Position numbers and translations under genes: made by a program. Positions 11,351 through 24,339 of a stretch of 64,000 bases of DNA are shown here, piece after piece. Location of the stretch: positions 6,510,001-6,574,000 of the forward strand of contig JANJGN010000041.1 of assembly GCA_026770705.1 (NCBI GenBank), in the 5' to 3' direction. This DNA comes from Isurus oxyrinchus (lineage: Eukaryota). The notes beneath the pieces were generated by a model. The model was not told the origin of the DNA. It ran no database searches and saw only the letters and a program-made list of their open reading frames with translations. How positions within the stretch are numbered: position 1 is the first letter of the stretch; every line of letters starts with the position of its first letter.

Positions 11351-12699
11351 CTATTCTGGAAATCATCACTTCCTATTTAACCTGATATCACTGATTCACC
11401 ACAGCGAATCATTCATTAACATCGCTCACCAAGGGATTTGTCAGAAATCCTCAGCTGCAGAATTATCTACATTTCAACTGTGAAATAAACTCACCTGGCC
11501 CATACTCTCCAACTACTGGGAGAAACCAGGCACACAAAACCTTCAGCATGGAGCGGGGAACAGGAGTGAGAGGACAAGCGACAAACAATTGAAGTAAGCC
11601 ATGAGAGATTGAAACAAGAGTGAGAGTGAAGAGATGTGACTGGAAAATGGTGGAAGAGAGAAAAAGGGCTGGATTAGGGTAATTTTACAAAATACCCTCA
11701 ATTACAAAATTCCAATGTGCTGATTCACTGCGTCCAACTCTCTTTATTTACTGCATCCCACTCCCCACACTGACTACGTCCAACACCCCTCAGTCATTAC
11801 CTCCTGCTCTCGTCACTCACTGCGCCCCACTCCCCTCAGTCACTGCATCCCACTCCCTAAAGTCACTGCATCCCACTCCTCTTAGTCCGTGTCCCACTCG
11901 CCTCAGCAAATACACACTTCGCCCTCAGTCAACACATCCAAATATCACCACTGAATAAATCCCACTCCCTCGGTGAATAAATCCCACTGCCCCCGCTGAC
12001 TACATGTCACTCCCCTTAGTCACAGCATCCCACTCCCCTCAGTCAGCACACCCCACAATCTTCAGTTTCAGTTCGCAGTGATCACATTGTGTGAAGATTT
12101 TCTGTAGAATATCCTCTCCAAACTGATACCTAATATTTCACATCCTTTTGGGCTGGAGGTTCAGGAAAATGACTTTTCGAGTCTAGTGTTCCTGAGATTC
12201 CAGAGTTAGTGTTATCCCTGGATCTGAAATGAAGATAGGAGACATGGGAGATTGCAAAGCGCATATCAGCTCAACAGATCATGCAACTAGTATTAAAGTT
12301 GAGAAAATGTTTGAATTCTTAATTATAGAATTTGGAGCATATCAATGTTATGGTTGTCAGCCAATACGCATTGCACCCCAGTAACTAACTCCCAGTCCCC
12401 TGAGTCACTACGCGTCACTGACCTCACTCACCAAATCACACTACCTCCACTCATTTTAGCCTTATCTCCTCATTCGCTCTATCCCACCATCCTCAGTAAG
12501 GAGAAACCTCTCCCCTCAGTCACTAAATCTTACACCCATCACTGACTGATTCCCATTCCCCTCGCTGATTGCTTTCCGTTCCCATCACTCACTCCATCTC
12601 ACTTCCGTCATTCATTGCATCCCACGCCCTCAGTAAATCCATCCCACAGCCCTCAATCAGTGCATCCCAACCCCGGAATCAGTACATCAGACTCCCTTC

Positions 12700-15460
12700 C
12701 ATCTCTGCCTCTCACTCCTCTCCTTCACTATATAACTAATCCTGTTAGTCACTGCATGCAACTCCGCTAATTACTACATATCACTCCAGTCAATATATCT
12801 CATTACATTAAGCAACTACATCACACTACCCTCAGTCACTACATCTGACTCCCTTTAATTACTAAATACTATTCCCCTCAGTCACCACAGTCCACTCTGC
12901 AAAGATATTACACCCCACTCTATCAGTCAACGAAATCCATTTTAATGGAATATTACATATTATTTTCCTCTGGAAATCTTTCACTTCCCGTTTGTAAGAA
13001 ATTGAATAATGTAATTGTTGAGAACAAGTCCTGCATTGACACTTGCACATTCTGGCCCCATTAATCGCCCTCATATATATATTTATTTTTTATCTCAAAG
13101 GGGACCTGTGAGTGAGCTTATTCTGGGAACAAAGAGTCCACTTAGAAACATATGTGATATGAACAACAAATTAAGTGAAGGACCTATTTTGAAACAACCC
13201 ACTGTGCAGATACCTGAGCTTGAAGACTTGGCTAATACAGAAGGAGAAATATCAACGGCTTCTGTCATCGATTGTTCCCTTGGTTCTGGAATTCGGAAGG
13301 TCCCTGCATGTGGTATAAAGTAGGAGGGAGATGAGGGAGGGAGGAGTGGGGGAAAAGGAAATTTCACCTGTTTGACATGAAGCTTCAGTAAACGTCACAA
13401 ATGTTAGCAAATATATATAGTTTAAATAGGTTACATTGGTGCTTGTAGGTTTCAGGAGTGAGTGTTCGCTTTAAAGTTTATGTTTGATTAGTATTTCTGT
13501 ACTTGTGTGATAAGAAAGGTAAAACTGAATTTTTGTTTCAGTTTGAAAAGAAACTTGCATTTCTAATGAGCGTTTAGAACTTGTTCATTAACCAACACAA
13601 GTGTAGAATGAAATAATGCTGTCGACTAGCAAAAGGGGTCCAGGCAGGCACGTATCTCCCACAGACACACACGGAGGAAGAGAGACAGCAGCTGATGTGG
13701 GAAGCTGTTGGAGCTCAGTAGCGTTCAAGGATGTTGACAGATGAAGCCACTGAAAAGAGGCAGATAGCTAGTCCGAAGCTAAAATTCGTTGAAAATATCT
13801 GCCAGACAAATTGGAGCGAAGGCATCAGATAACCAATCCCAAACTGAAGAAATTAGCACAAAATCTCTGGGTGTAGAACAGGACAAAGTCTCACACAGGA
13901 CATGTTAATTAAGGTAAGGGTGAGGGGAAGAGAGCAATGCAGCATGCTTCAGATTTAAAGAGTCAAAAGCTGCATAAAGCACATTTAAAGAGAGCACAGA
14001 TTACAAGAAGTGAGAATGTGAAATAAAGGTAGGGCAAATCCAAGTTAGGATTCCACTGCTGAGTCGGTACTTCCCACTCAGTCAGTTGCTACCTCTCTCT
14101 CCCCTCCGTCACTGCATCCCACTACTTTCCTTCACTACACAACTAATCATCTCAGTCACTGCATCCCACTCCGCTAAGTCACTATATCTCACTTCACTAC
14201 GTCAATGCATCTCACTCGAATAAGTCATGACATGACACTGTGCTCCGTCACTACAGCTCACTCCCTTAATCACTAAATTCTACTCCCCTCAGTCACCACA
14301 CTCCACTCTGCACAGATATTACACACCACTCCCTCAGTTGTCGCAGTCTAGTTTTATGATATATTACATGTTGTTTTCCTCTTGAAATATTTCTCTTGTC
14401 GTCTGTAAGAGATTGAATAGTGCATTTGATTGAGAACGATCCTGCATTCACACTTGCACTTTCTGGCCCCATGAATCGCCCTGATATTTGTGTTTCTTTT
14501 TCCCATGGTGTCCTGTGAGTGAGCTCATTTCGGAAGCAGATTGTCCACAAGGAACAATTCTAACGGGAAGAACAAATTAAGTGAGGAATCCACTTTGAAA
14601 CAAACCCATTGTGCAGATACCTGATCTAGAAGATTTTTCTGTTACTTACGGAGAATTATCAACAGATTCTCCAGTGGATTACTCCCTTGGTTCTGGAGTT
14701 GGGATGGTCCCAGGATCTGGTATAAAGGAGGAGGGAGATCAGGGACGGAGAAGGATGTGAACAAGGAAATTTCACCTGTTTGACATGAAGCTTCAGAAAA
14801 CGTCATACATGTTAGGAAATATATTACAGTTTAAGCAGGTTGCATTAGTATTTGTAGGTATTCGGAGTGAGTGTACGCTTTAAAGTTTGTCTGATTTGTA
14901 TTTCTGTACTTGTGTGATAAGAAATGTCAAAATGAATGTTGGCTTCAGTTTAAACAGTTCTTTGCATTTGTAGTGAGAGTTCACAACATTTTTCGTTAAG
15001 CAAACACAAGTGGAGAAAAGATTGTGTTGTTTCCTAGCAATAGGGGTCCAGGCAATCTTGTGTCTCCCATAGACACACACGGAGAAAGAAATACAGCATC
15101 TTGTGTGGGAAGCTGATGGAGGCCAGCTCGCTTTCAAGAATGTTGCCAAAAGAGGTCACTGAAAACGGGCAGAAAGCAAGTCCCAAGCTAAAATTGGTTG
15201 AAAGTAGCTGTGAGAGAGAATGGAGCAAAGGCAACAGATAACCAGTCCCAAACTGAAGAAAATAAAACAAAATTTACTGGTGTAGAACAGGTTAAAGTCT
15301 CAAGCAGGTCAATATAATTAAGTTACGATTGAGGACAAGAGAGAAAAGCAACATGCTTCAGATTTAAAGAGTCAAAAGCTACATAAAGCACATTTAAAGA
15401 GAGAGCAGATTGCAAGAGGGATGAATGTGAAATAAAGGTGGGGAAAATAAAAGTTAGGAA
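12700..15460. repeat. Tandem duplication of a ~1.4-kb unit (minisatellite + exon + unique tail), with a partial third copy at ~16015-16320
   Basis: Colinear matches at an offset of ~1407 bp, e.g. aggaaatttcacctgtttgacatgaagcttcag near 13357 and 14764. Confidence 0.9.
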
Positions 15461-16804
15461 CGGCCCCTCAGACGCTACATCCCTGTTACTCTGTCACTAC
15501 ATCCCATACACCTCAGTCATTGCATCCAAATCCACTCACTCACCACATCGCACTCCCTTCACACAATGCATCCCAATCCACTCACACACTACATCCCACA
15601 CGAACTCAATGACAAAATCCCTATCCACTCAGTCACAACATCCCAAACACTTCAGACAAAACCTCCCACTCACCTCAGTCACAATACTCACTCCCCTCAC
15701 TCAGTACTCCCTTCTCGCATCAGTCACTAAATCCCTTTCCCCTCACTGACTCCATCGCCTTCCGATTAGACACTATATCACATTCCCAAGTCACTTGATC
15801 CCATTCCACTCACTCAGCATATCGCACTCCACCCCATTACTGCATACCAACTCCCACAGTACATCGATTCCATCCCTCAATCATTATGTCCCACTCTCCT
15901 CAGTAACTACATCCTACTCCACTCAGTCACTGCATACCAATCCTTTCAGTCAGTGGACTAACATGTGTTCAGTCAATTCATCTCGCTCCATTCAGTCACC
16001 TAATCCAATTGCACTCAGTCACCACACCACACTCTGCTCAGAGGATGCGCCCCGCTCCCAGGCTAAAATTGGCTCAAGTGGCCGCTACAGTGACGGGTGG
16101 AAAGGGAACAGATAAATAAAGCTAAAGTGCACACCACAACATCCAGGACAATGGAACAGAATAAATTCCCATGAAGACCTTCTGGGCGAAGGAAGGGCAG
16201 GAAACTGGAATGGATTATGTTAATGAAGATAAGGGTGAGGGGCAGAGCGATTGTCTCCAAGCTTCATAATTAAAGGGACAAGAGCTGCAGAAATCAGATT
16301 TAAAGCCAGAAGTGCTTACATGGGCGATAATGACTGAAAACATGGCTGAAGGTCTGTAACTCTTTGCTAGGACCTCTGAAGTTACTGTACTGTCATAGCT
16401 GATTCGGTGAGAGAGAGCATATCGTAGGCAACTTGGATTCATGTGGCGGCTCTGTGAAGAAGAACATCAGGAAGAGATTTTGAAACCCACAGCTGAAGCA
16501 ACGTGAAAGGCGCCTGAGAGTAAGCGCCCATTTGGGAGACGATTCCAAGGTGAGGACTTGGAGAGTGGAGAATGGAATTCCTCATGTGAAAGACACAGTG
16601 TGGTTAGCCGAGTAGGCCCCGATGTGACAGGTGTCTTGAAGGAGTTGATGAGAAATCTATAGCATCTGGTTGAGGTGGCAACTGTCACTTGATGCCAAAG
16701 TGTGGCTTACATGATCACAGGGTGTCATAATTTTGCATGAAATGTAAACGTACTGTGAAAATTCGCGTATAGGATAGCTTTGAACCTTGTGTTATCCTTT
16801 CAAA

Positions 16805-16814
16805 TCTATATATG

Positions 16815-16846
<32 letters not shown>
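16805..16846. repeat. (TA)n microsatellite
   Basis: Directly visible. Confidence 0.95.
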
Positions 16847-17699
16847 AGAAACATATTATTCTGTCGCTAAAAAATCATCAGTTCACTCCTGTGACTCTAC
16901 TCAAAATCACGCAGCCTACATTCCTTGCATCCCACACTGTCAGTATGATATAGGGACTAAGTCATTGTGCAGTCACAATGAATGAAGGATCAGCTTATAA
17001 AGAACGCCACAGAGAAGATACCTGAGGCTGGTGACACTGGTGAGATAGAGGATAGTCTCCCAATGGATTCTCTGGTAGATTCTTCCTCAGGTTCCTTAGT
17101 TGTCAATGTCCCTGGATATGGAATAAAGGGTGAGAGGAAAGGGGCAATATGGGGATCTCATTGAACAACTCAACCTTATTCGGCAGAAGTGTCCAGAGAA
17201 TGTCACACAGCAGTGTTTATAATACATGTTTCTACCTGAGTAATCTTCTGCCTGTGAACACAGACTGTGAACTAAGTAGAGGCTATAACTTCAATCAACA
17301 CATTCCACTTCCCAAAATGACTCATTGTGAAACTTCAAAAACTCAACATCCTACTCCCTTCAATACTGCAATCCTCTCCCCTCAGTTACTGCACCCCAAC
17401 CCCCTCAGTCACTGCATCCCACTCCTCTCAGTCACTGCATCCTTCTCCCTTTAGTTACTTCATCCTACTCCCCTCAATCACATACTCCCACTCCCTTGAG
17501 CAGCCATATCCCACTCCAACCAGTCACTACATCCCACTCCATTCGGTTACAACATCCCACTCCTCTCAATCACTGCATCCCACTCGCCTTAGTCACTTCA
17601 ACCCACTATCCTCAGTTACGACATCCAACACTCCTCAATCACTGTATCGCACTCCCCTCAGTAACTGCATACATGTTACTACAGTGTTACAACATTTTA

Positions 17700-18235
17700 A
17701 ATCATCAACGAATTCAACAACAACTTCAACATTGAAATAATCCAGCAAATTCATAAACAACCTCGCCATTGAAAATGAACAACAATCAGAAGTACAACCT
17801 CAACATTGAAAAAACACATAACATGCAACAACTTTAGCATTGAACAACACCAACAAATTGAGCAAACAACCCTGAGAAACACCAAGTTCAGCAAAAACAG
17901 CATTAAATAAAAATGCCAAAATTTTCAAACTTAAGCTCAATATTTAACAAACCAACAAACTAAACAACATCCTCAACATTCCAAAAAGGTAACAAGTTTA
18001 ACAACTTCAGCATTCAAATTCAATAACAAGTTCAAAAGCAACTTCTACATTGAAAACACCAATAACCTCACCAATTACCTTAACGTTGAAAAACAGCAAT
18101 AATTTGGACAATGTTGTCGTTGAAAAAAACACACACAAGACTCAACCTATAAAAGCACCAACAAATACAGCAACACTAAGCTGCTTAATCAGAAACAAAT
18201 TCAACAACGTCCTCAACATTGATAAACGCAAATGA
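17700..18235. repeat. A/C-rich degenerate repeat (caacaacctcaacattgaaaa-like)
   Basis: Recurrent tcaacattgaaa motifs. Confidence 0.7.
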
Positions 18236-18309
18236 TTTTTTTTTAAAAAGGATCCATGAAAGGAAAAACAAGTTTAACAGGAACCACGACACTGAAATTC
18301 GCTCTTAGA

Positions 18310-19600
18310 AAATCACAAGGTAATGGGAAAGTGTCCGCATAATTTTATGAAAAGGAAATCATGTCTAACCAACTCATTGGAGTTCTTTGAAGGGCTAAAT
18401 TGTGCCATGGATACAAAAAAGCCTGTAGATGCTCTGTACTAGGAAGGCTAGGAGGTATTTGATTAGGTTCCACCTCAAAGCTTATTGCGGAAAATGAAAA
18501 CCCGTGGCACAGGGGATAGTATTTGAGCTGGATAGAAGATTGCCTGGCTGGCAGAAAAAAGAGGTTTCAGAAATGGGACATTTTCTGATTGGCAAGATGG
18601 AACGAGAGGAGTCCCGCAGGAGTTGGTGCTCTGGCCTAAACCTTTTAAAATTCATATCAATGAGTTACAAGAGGGTAGCAAAGATTGCAGTAAAAATGTA
18701 GATGACACGATGGTAGGTAGGAAAGTTTGTTGTGAAGAGGACAAAAGGTAATTGTAGAAGGAGAGAGATTGGCTGAGTGATTGGAAAAAAAAAAACTCGA
18801 TGTTGGAGTTTACTGCGAGAAAATGTGAATTTGCTCACTTTGGCAGGAACATTATTAGAGCAGAGCGTTACGTAAACGGAGAAGGACTGCGGAATTCCGA
18901 GGTTTAGAGGGATCTAGTTGTTCCAGTGCATGAGTCGCAAAATGTTGGTATACACGTAGTACAATTAATTAAGAACGCTGTTGGAATGCTATCATCGATT
19001 ACGGGACAAATTGAACATAAGAATAGGAATGTTATGCTTCAGTTAGACGGGCCCTTATTAAGACCACATCTAGAATATTGTTTGCAGTTTTGATCTGCTT
19101 ATTTAAGGAAGGGTGTCCATGCATTAGATACTGTTCAAAGGAGGTTCACATGATTTATACCTGGAATGAATGGGTTCTCTTCTGAGTGTAGGATGGAAAG
19201 GTCAGGTTTGTTTCTATTGAAGTTGAGAAGATTACGTGTTGACTTCATTGAGGTGTGCAAGACCCTGAATGGCTTTGACAAGGTGGACGTGCAAATGGTG
19301 TTTCATCCTGGCGGGGTGGGGGAGGGGGTGGGGGTGGGGGAAGGGTGAGTCCAGAACTAGAGAGAACTGTTTTTAAATTAGTCCTCGCACATTTGGACAG
19401 GTGTGTGGAGATTATTTTTCTCTCTCAGTGGGATGTGCCATTTTGGAACTGTCAGCCTCAGGTGGTGGTGGAGGATGGATCACTGAATATCTTTGATAAG
19501 GAGAAAGAAAGTTTATTGCTTGGCAAAATATTTGCTGTGTAATAGGATTGACAGAGGCTGAATGCGTTATGCCTCCTCGTCTGTAGCAAACACAAGACAG
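18310..19600 (+). mobile_element. CR1 LINE, RT domain to 3' end, decayed
   Basis: KGKSCLTNSLEFFE, RPHLEYCLQF and LLKLRRLRVDFIEV motifs. A second short RT fragment lies at ~19740-20060. Confidence 0.9.
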
Positions 19601-20389
19601 ACTGAATAGCCTTCATATATTTCTCTTAAACTGGCTCAAGACATTGAATGCCTAATCTATTTCAATTTAAAAATCCGGACGTTCAGTATTACCTTTTCCT
19701 GTTCCTGTGTAAAAAGCTGAAACTTGCTGAATGGCTCTTAAAATCAATCTTAATGACTCGAGAGAAGGGACAAAAAATTATGTATCTACGTTTGCTGACG
19801 ATAGAGACCTGCACAGAAAATTAAGCTGAGGGGGAGAAACGAAAGGTTGCAGATAAATATAGAATGATCAATTGCGCTGTCAGTGTGATGTTAGATGAAA
19901 TATCACGTGTCGAAATGTGAAGTCATTGACATCCGCCCTAATATTATGAAAGCAGATTATAATATTTAAAATGTGTGAAACGTGAGGGCTTGTGTGTAAA
20001 GAAATCAATTAAGAGGGCAGATGAAACTTTGAGATTATTTGTAAGATGATTGAATTTCAGGAGTAAATAATTAGATATATTGTTTACAATTATAGAAAAT
20101 GTAAGATTTAAATATAGCGCCTAGCTGGTGGAGTAGATCAATCGGCACTTCTACCTTGCTCCACTACTCATTAAGATTATAACTGACCTGCAAGTTCTCT
20201 GTATGCCATATTTCGCCAAAGTCCATAACTCTTAGCTCCCTGCTCTACCAAAGATTTTTCTATCTCTACATTGAATAAATTCCATGACATAGCCTTTATT
20301 GTTCACTACCAGAATGTCACATAGTGACGAAAAGTTGGAAAAAATACTCACCTCATTAACATGTCACTATTGTTATTACTCTGTTGCGG

Positions 20390-21850
20390 GATGTTTGCAT
20401 TGCTGGCGAGCCAAGCAATTTCTGGCCGTCCTTACTGCCCTTGAGAAGCTGATGGGGAGCAACATTCTTGAGCCATGTCTGTGCATGTGGTGCAGATAAA
20501 CCAACAGTTCAGTTGGGGAGGTAGCTGCAGAGTCTGAACTAGTGACAATGAAGGAATGGTGATAGCCCCAAGCGAGGATGGTGAGTGGCGGGGAGAAAAA
20601 CCTGCAAATGCTGGTTTTCCCATGTGCCTGCTATTCTTGTCCTTCTGGATGGCAGCTGCTCTGGATTTGGGATGGACTGTCTGAGGTATAGTGATGTGCT
20701 CCTGAGCAAAATATTGTAGCTGCTGTGCAGTGCTGTTGCAGATCGTCAGTGGTGGATGGAGAGCACATTTATTGAAGGGCTGCCAATCAAACTTAATCGT
20801 GGGTGATTTTGAGGTTCCTGATTGCTGTTCAAACAGCATTGATCTGGGACCTCCTGTTTTGTGCATTTTAGGTGGTGGCCAAGCCTTGAGAAGTCAGGTC
20901 GTGAGTTACTCGCCCCAGATTTCCTATTCCCTGGCATGCTGTTGTAGCCACAGTATTTGTATGGCTACGCCAGTCCAGTTACTGGTCAGTGGTTGTTCCT
21001 AGGATGAGGATAGCCGGGAGTTCAAAAATCAAAATATCATTGAGTGCCAAGGGACAATGGTTATATTATTTTTTGGAGATAGACATTGCTTATTACTTAT
21101 TTGGGGTGACCGTTACTTGATACTTCTCTCCCCAAGCCTGGATAATGTCCACACATTCCTATATTTGGGCACGGACGGCTCTGTATTTGAGGATTTGCAA
21201 ATGTTCTGTCCATTAAGCAATCCTCATAGAACATCCCCACTTCCGACCTTATGGTGGAAGAAAGGTGAAAGATGAAGCAACTGAAGGTGCTGAAGACTAA
21301 CCATAACCCTGAGCATCCTCTGCAGTGACATCCTTGAACTGAAATAAATGACTTGCAACTACTGCTACCATACTCATTTGTATCAGAGATGACTCCATCT
21401 GACGGAGAGTTTTCCTGTTGATTTCAATTGACTCCAATTATTTGAGGGCGCCTTGATGCCACATCGGATCATATACTACCTTGGTATTAAGTGTGGTCAC
21501 TGTCACATCACATCTCGAGTTCAGCTCTTGACTCCATGTTTGGACCATGGATGTGATGCTATTGGGAACAGAGTGAACCTTCTGGAATCCATACGGCATC
21601 TCAGTGAGCAGAGTACTGCTGATCAGATGCCGCATGATGAACCCTTCCATTACATTCCTGATGATGAAATGTTGGCTGATGCGACTGGTTTGAGTTTGTG
21701 TTGCGTTTTTTTTTGTATCACGTCCCTGGGTGATTTTTCACATATTTGGGTAGATGCCTGTGTTGAATCTGTACTGGAGCAGCCCGGGTATGGTACAGGG
21801 CGCTATCGGGTTCACAATTGCTGGAATATTCTCGGTAACCATCGTCTTGC
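20390..21850 (-). mobile_element. LINE family A, RT to 3' end
   Basis: MEG..MRHL.S.TLLT...YGFQK.HS.P..IT.MVQTW...LNSR and D.MWHQGAL motifs, plus the family tail. Confidence 0.85.
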
Positions 21851-21859
21851 TGAAACCAA

Positions 21860-23060
21860 AGGTTCAGCGGCTTCCATCTGGGACTTCATTGAAAGGATAA
21901 GACAGGCCTTGCCAAATTTTCTCTTCAATCAGCAGAAAATGAATCAAATCCTCCCTTTGATTCACATCTTCAGAATTCAGATCAACCAACTGAAGCACAA
22001 GGAATATCTCATCTTCATCGCTCAGACCAAGCGTACTGTCAAGACAAAGTTCAAAGTTTATTGCAGCCTTCACCTTTACAATAACGTTTAATTACTTCAC
22101 TTGAAACGCCAGAATCGAAATTAGGTCAATTTGAATACGAGATGCAAGTAAATTGTCAGGAGTGTATTGGTTTTTGATGCATGGGACTTATCCTTGCATC
22201 AAAGGGTCGATTTTAGCTCTAACGCCAATTACTCTAAGAAAGGATTCATTATTCTGTTCATATAGTCTTGCAGGAGTTAACGATATTCTGAGTTATGATC
22301 AACTGAATCTGACCGACTGCAATAATGCCTCTCAAAGTTGCTTGTAATTTTTTTCTTAACTTTGTTTATATATCTCTGTACTTACTCATCCTGTGCCTTC
22401 ATTTCTGGGAACCTTCGCTTTGTATCAATCCATTTTGTTGCGTTTTTAATATGCTCCTTTGATAATTCGATGACTTTGCAATCATGCATTGCGTTGTTTC
22501 CAGGCTTTGCAACATTTCTTTCATAATCTCCGTGCGTTTTCTGAGCAGCACAATTTGCAGCACTATCAAAAAGCCGCATAAGCGTTTTTGTCGTGGACAC
22601 CAGGCAATTTGCTTCAACCCTTTCCCCGTTTGGCATTTCCCGTGAGCCTAACTCTCCTGAAAAGTTTCGTCCTCATCATCATTTGGAAAGATACTGGCAC
22701 TTCCCATTTTTTTGTCACAGGCCCTCTCCCCACTGGAATGCCTATGTTCTTCTTGTTGAATAAATCTGGCCAATTTGCTGGATCATATATTACTTCTTCA
22801 GTGGGAAGCAGGTCGGATGAATTCGCTATTTCATAAACCTGTGCACGTTTTGCATTAATGTCCAATCTCTCGGCCTCGGTGATACATTCGCTGGCTTGGA
22901 TTAATTTAATATTTTGCAGATTTGCTGCAAACCGTTTAACAGCCTTCTAGTTTTCTGGAGAACATTTCAGAGTCTTGTTATTCTCTCGTTTTTTCTTCTT
23001 TTCTTCAAACCCAAACAATATTTCCACCATTTTCTATGGTTCTGCTCGTCCCAGCCATTG
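21860..23060 (-). mobile_element. Decayed hAT transposase (ZMYM1/TTF-zinc-finger type)
   Basis: DPANWP...GRGPV, MPNGERVE...CCKL, HIKNATKWID and LDSTLGLSDEDEI (first catalytic Asp region). Frameshifted, no TIRs seen. Confidence 0.75.
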
Positions 23061-24339
23061 AATCCTAAATACGAATAGGGCCGCTCATTTGTGTCTCTTA
23101 GACAGACACTTTCAAACTTTCTCGGAAATGTAAGGTCGCCCGCATTCACAGTCCATATCCCACCCTCAACGCGCGATGCTAAGTGCGGTCGCGACAAATT
23201 TCCATACCCGAGGCACGGCTCTGACTACCACACTCTAAAATCGAAACACCTGCACTTTGCCCCCTCCATCCTATCATATTATTTAGGACAGTGACATTCT
23301 GTTTCTATTTCCCATCGCTAAACCTTCTGCGAAATTGTATTATTTTACATTGGAATGCAATAAATTGCACCTGCTAATCCACTCCCTAGTCTGCTCGCCA
23401 CTCCATGTCCTATTGCAACGGCATCGAATTATACTGACTGGTTAATTCCAGCCCACCATGTGTGCAATACTTCTACATTTTGAGACGTCATGTGGTATTC
23501 CAAGATACAACTGGTTTATATGGAGCAAAAATATAACGAACGCAGATTCATGAGGAACAGTACTCGTTACTATAATACAGACTGAAACAAAACGATAACA
23601 AACTGTTTCCGTTTTCAGTGCTTTACCGAAATTTATGCAATTGGAAAGCAACCCCTCCCCCTCCCACAACCCGTGCCTCTGTCCTCTTTAATGAGGCTAA
23701 ATGTTCATAGCAACCTTATCTGCGATAAGTTGTCAATTAATATCTCAAAATCCAATTCGCCGTGTATTCTCTTCATTAATTTTCTCTGTTGTAATATCAA
23801 AATGCAACTATTTTGTACAAAAAGCTTCTTATTTTAAGGCATGGTGTAAGAAACCAGTGATCATTCTTAATTAACGTCAACAGTCTCCTATTCCTGGCTA
23901 GACTCTTGGCTGTCAGAGCGGCTTTAATTCCTCTTTTACAGCAGCAGCTGACTAGTGAGAAGAGAGAATTAGAGAGAGCGAGAGCTGAGCACGAACAGGT
24001 GATATTATCAAAAAGAAGGGGGTTTGATGCACCAGGGCAGAAAGTTATAAAGAGCGGGAGCCGAGCTGCCAGAGAAGAGATTTAAAAAGAGCTACAGCGA
24101 GATATTCAAAGCACGGAATAGAATAGTGGGAGCCAGATAATCAAATCACAGATTGCCAAGTAAAAGGCGATCTTCTCCCAAAGCAGAGAAGCATAAAAAT
24201 GCAGGAACTAAATAGCTAGATCAAAGTTGTGTAAGAAGCAGGAATTATTATCTAAGAAAGTGATCTGGCGATAGTAGAACAGAGCTGTCAGACTGGAGAA
24301 GTGGGAAGCGCAATAGCTTTGCAGCCACAGAGACAAGGA

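Larger units (their letters stand above)
9380..11549 (-). pseudogene. Putative B7-family-like IgSF pseudogene: leader 11549-11495, IgV-like 10447-~10195, IgC-like 9638-~9380
   Basis: The leader exon is 55 nt, ATG-initiated and phase 1 (MLKVLCAWFLPVVGEYGP-G|GTGAGT). Acceptors precede 10447 and 9638. The IgC-like exon reads APEEST...SVLRCAPSG and later DDGSA...LNESVNNVII**TCLILIPLLIQLHTARV. Many stops. Confidence 0.5.
12130..17117 (-). pseudogene. Four paralogous 94-96 bp Ser/Thr/Pro/Glu-rich phase-1 exons (mucin-like stalk)
   Basis: Exons at 17117-17022, 14716-14621, 13309-13214 and 12223-12130. Each follows a polypyrimidine tract, begins with a (D)PGT-like sequence and ends AG|GTATC. Confidence 0.7.
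11750..17670. repeat. Degenerate 23-bp minisatellite (cactgcatcccactcccctcagt) in five blocks
   Basis: Blocks at about 11750-12065, 12370-12930, 14060-14340, 15465-16040 and 17340-17670. Confidence 0.9.

Noticed and set aside
15438-17740. Ser/Thr/His/Pro-rich plus-strand ORFs as a mucin
   Set aside because: Translations of a 23-bp minisatellite, whose unit is not a multiple of 3.
21453-22091. 212-aa plus-strand ORF
   Set aside because: Antisense to LINE and hAT remnants, with no recognisable domain.
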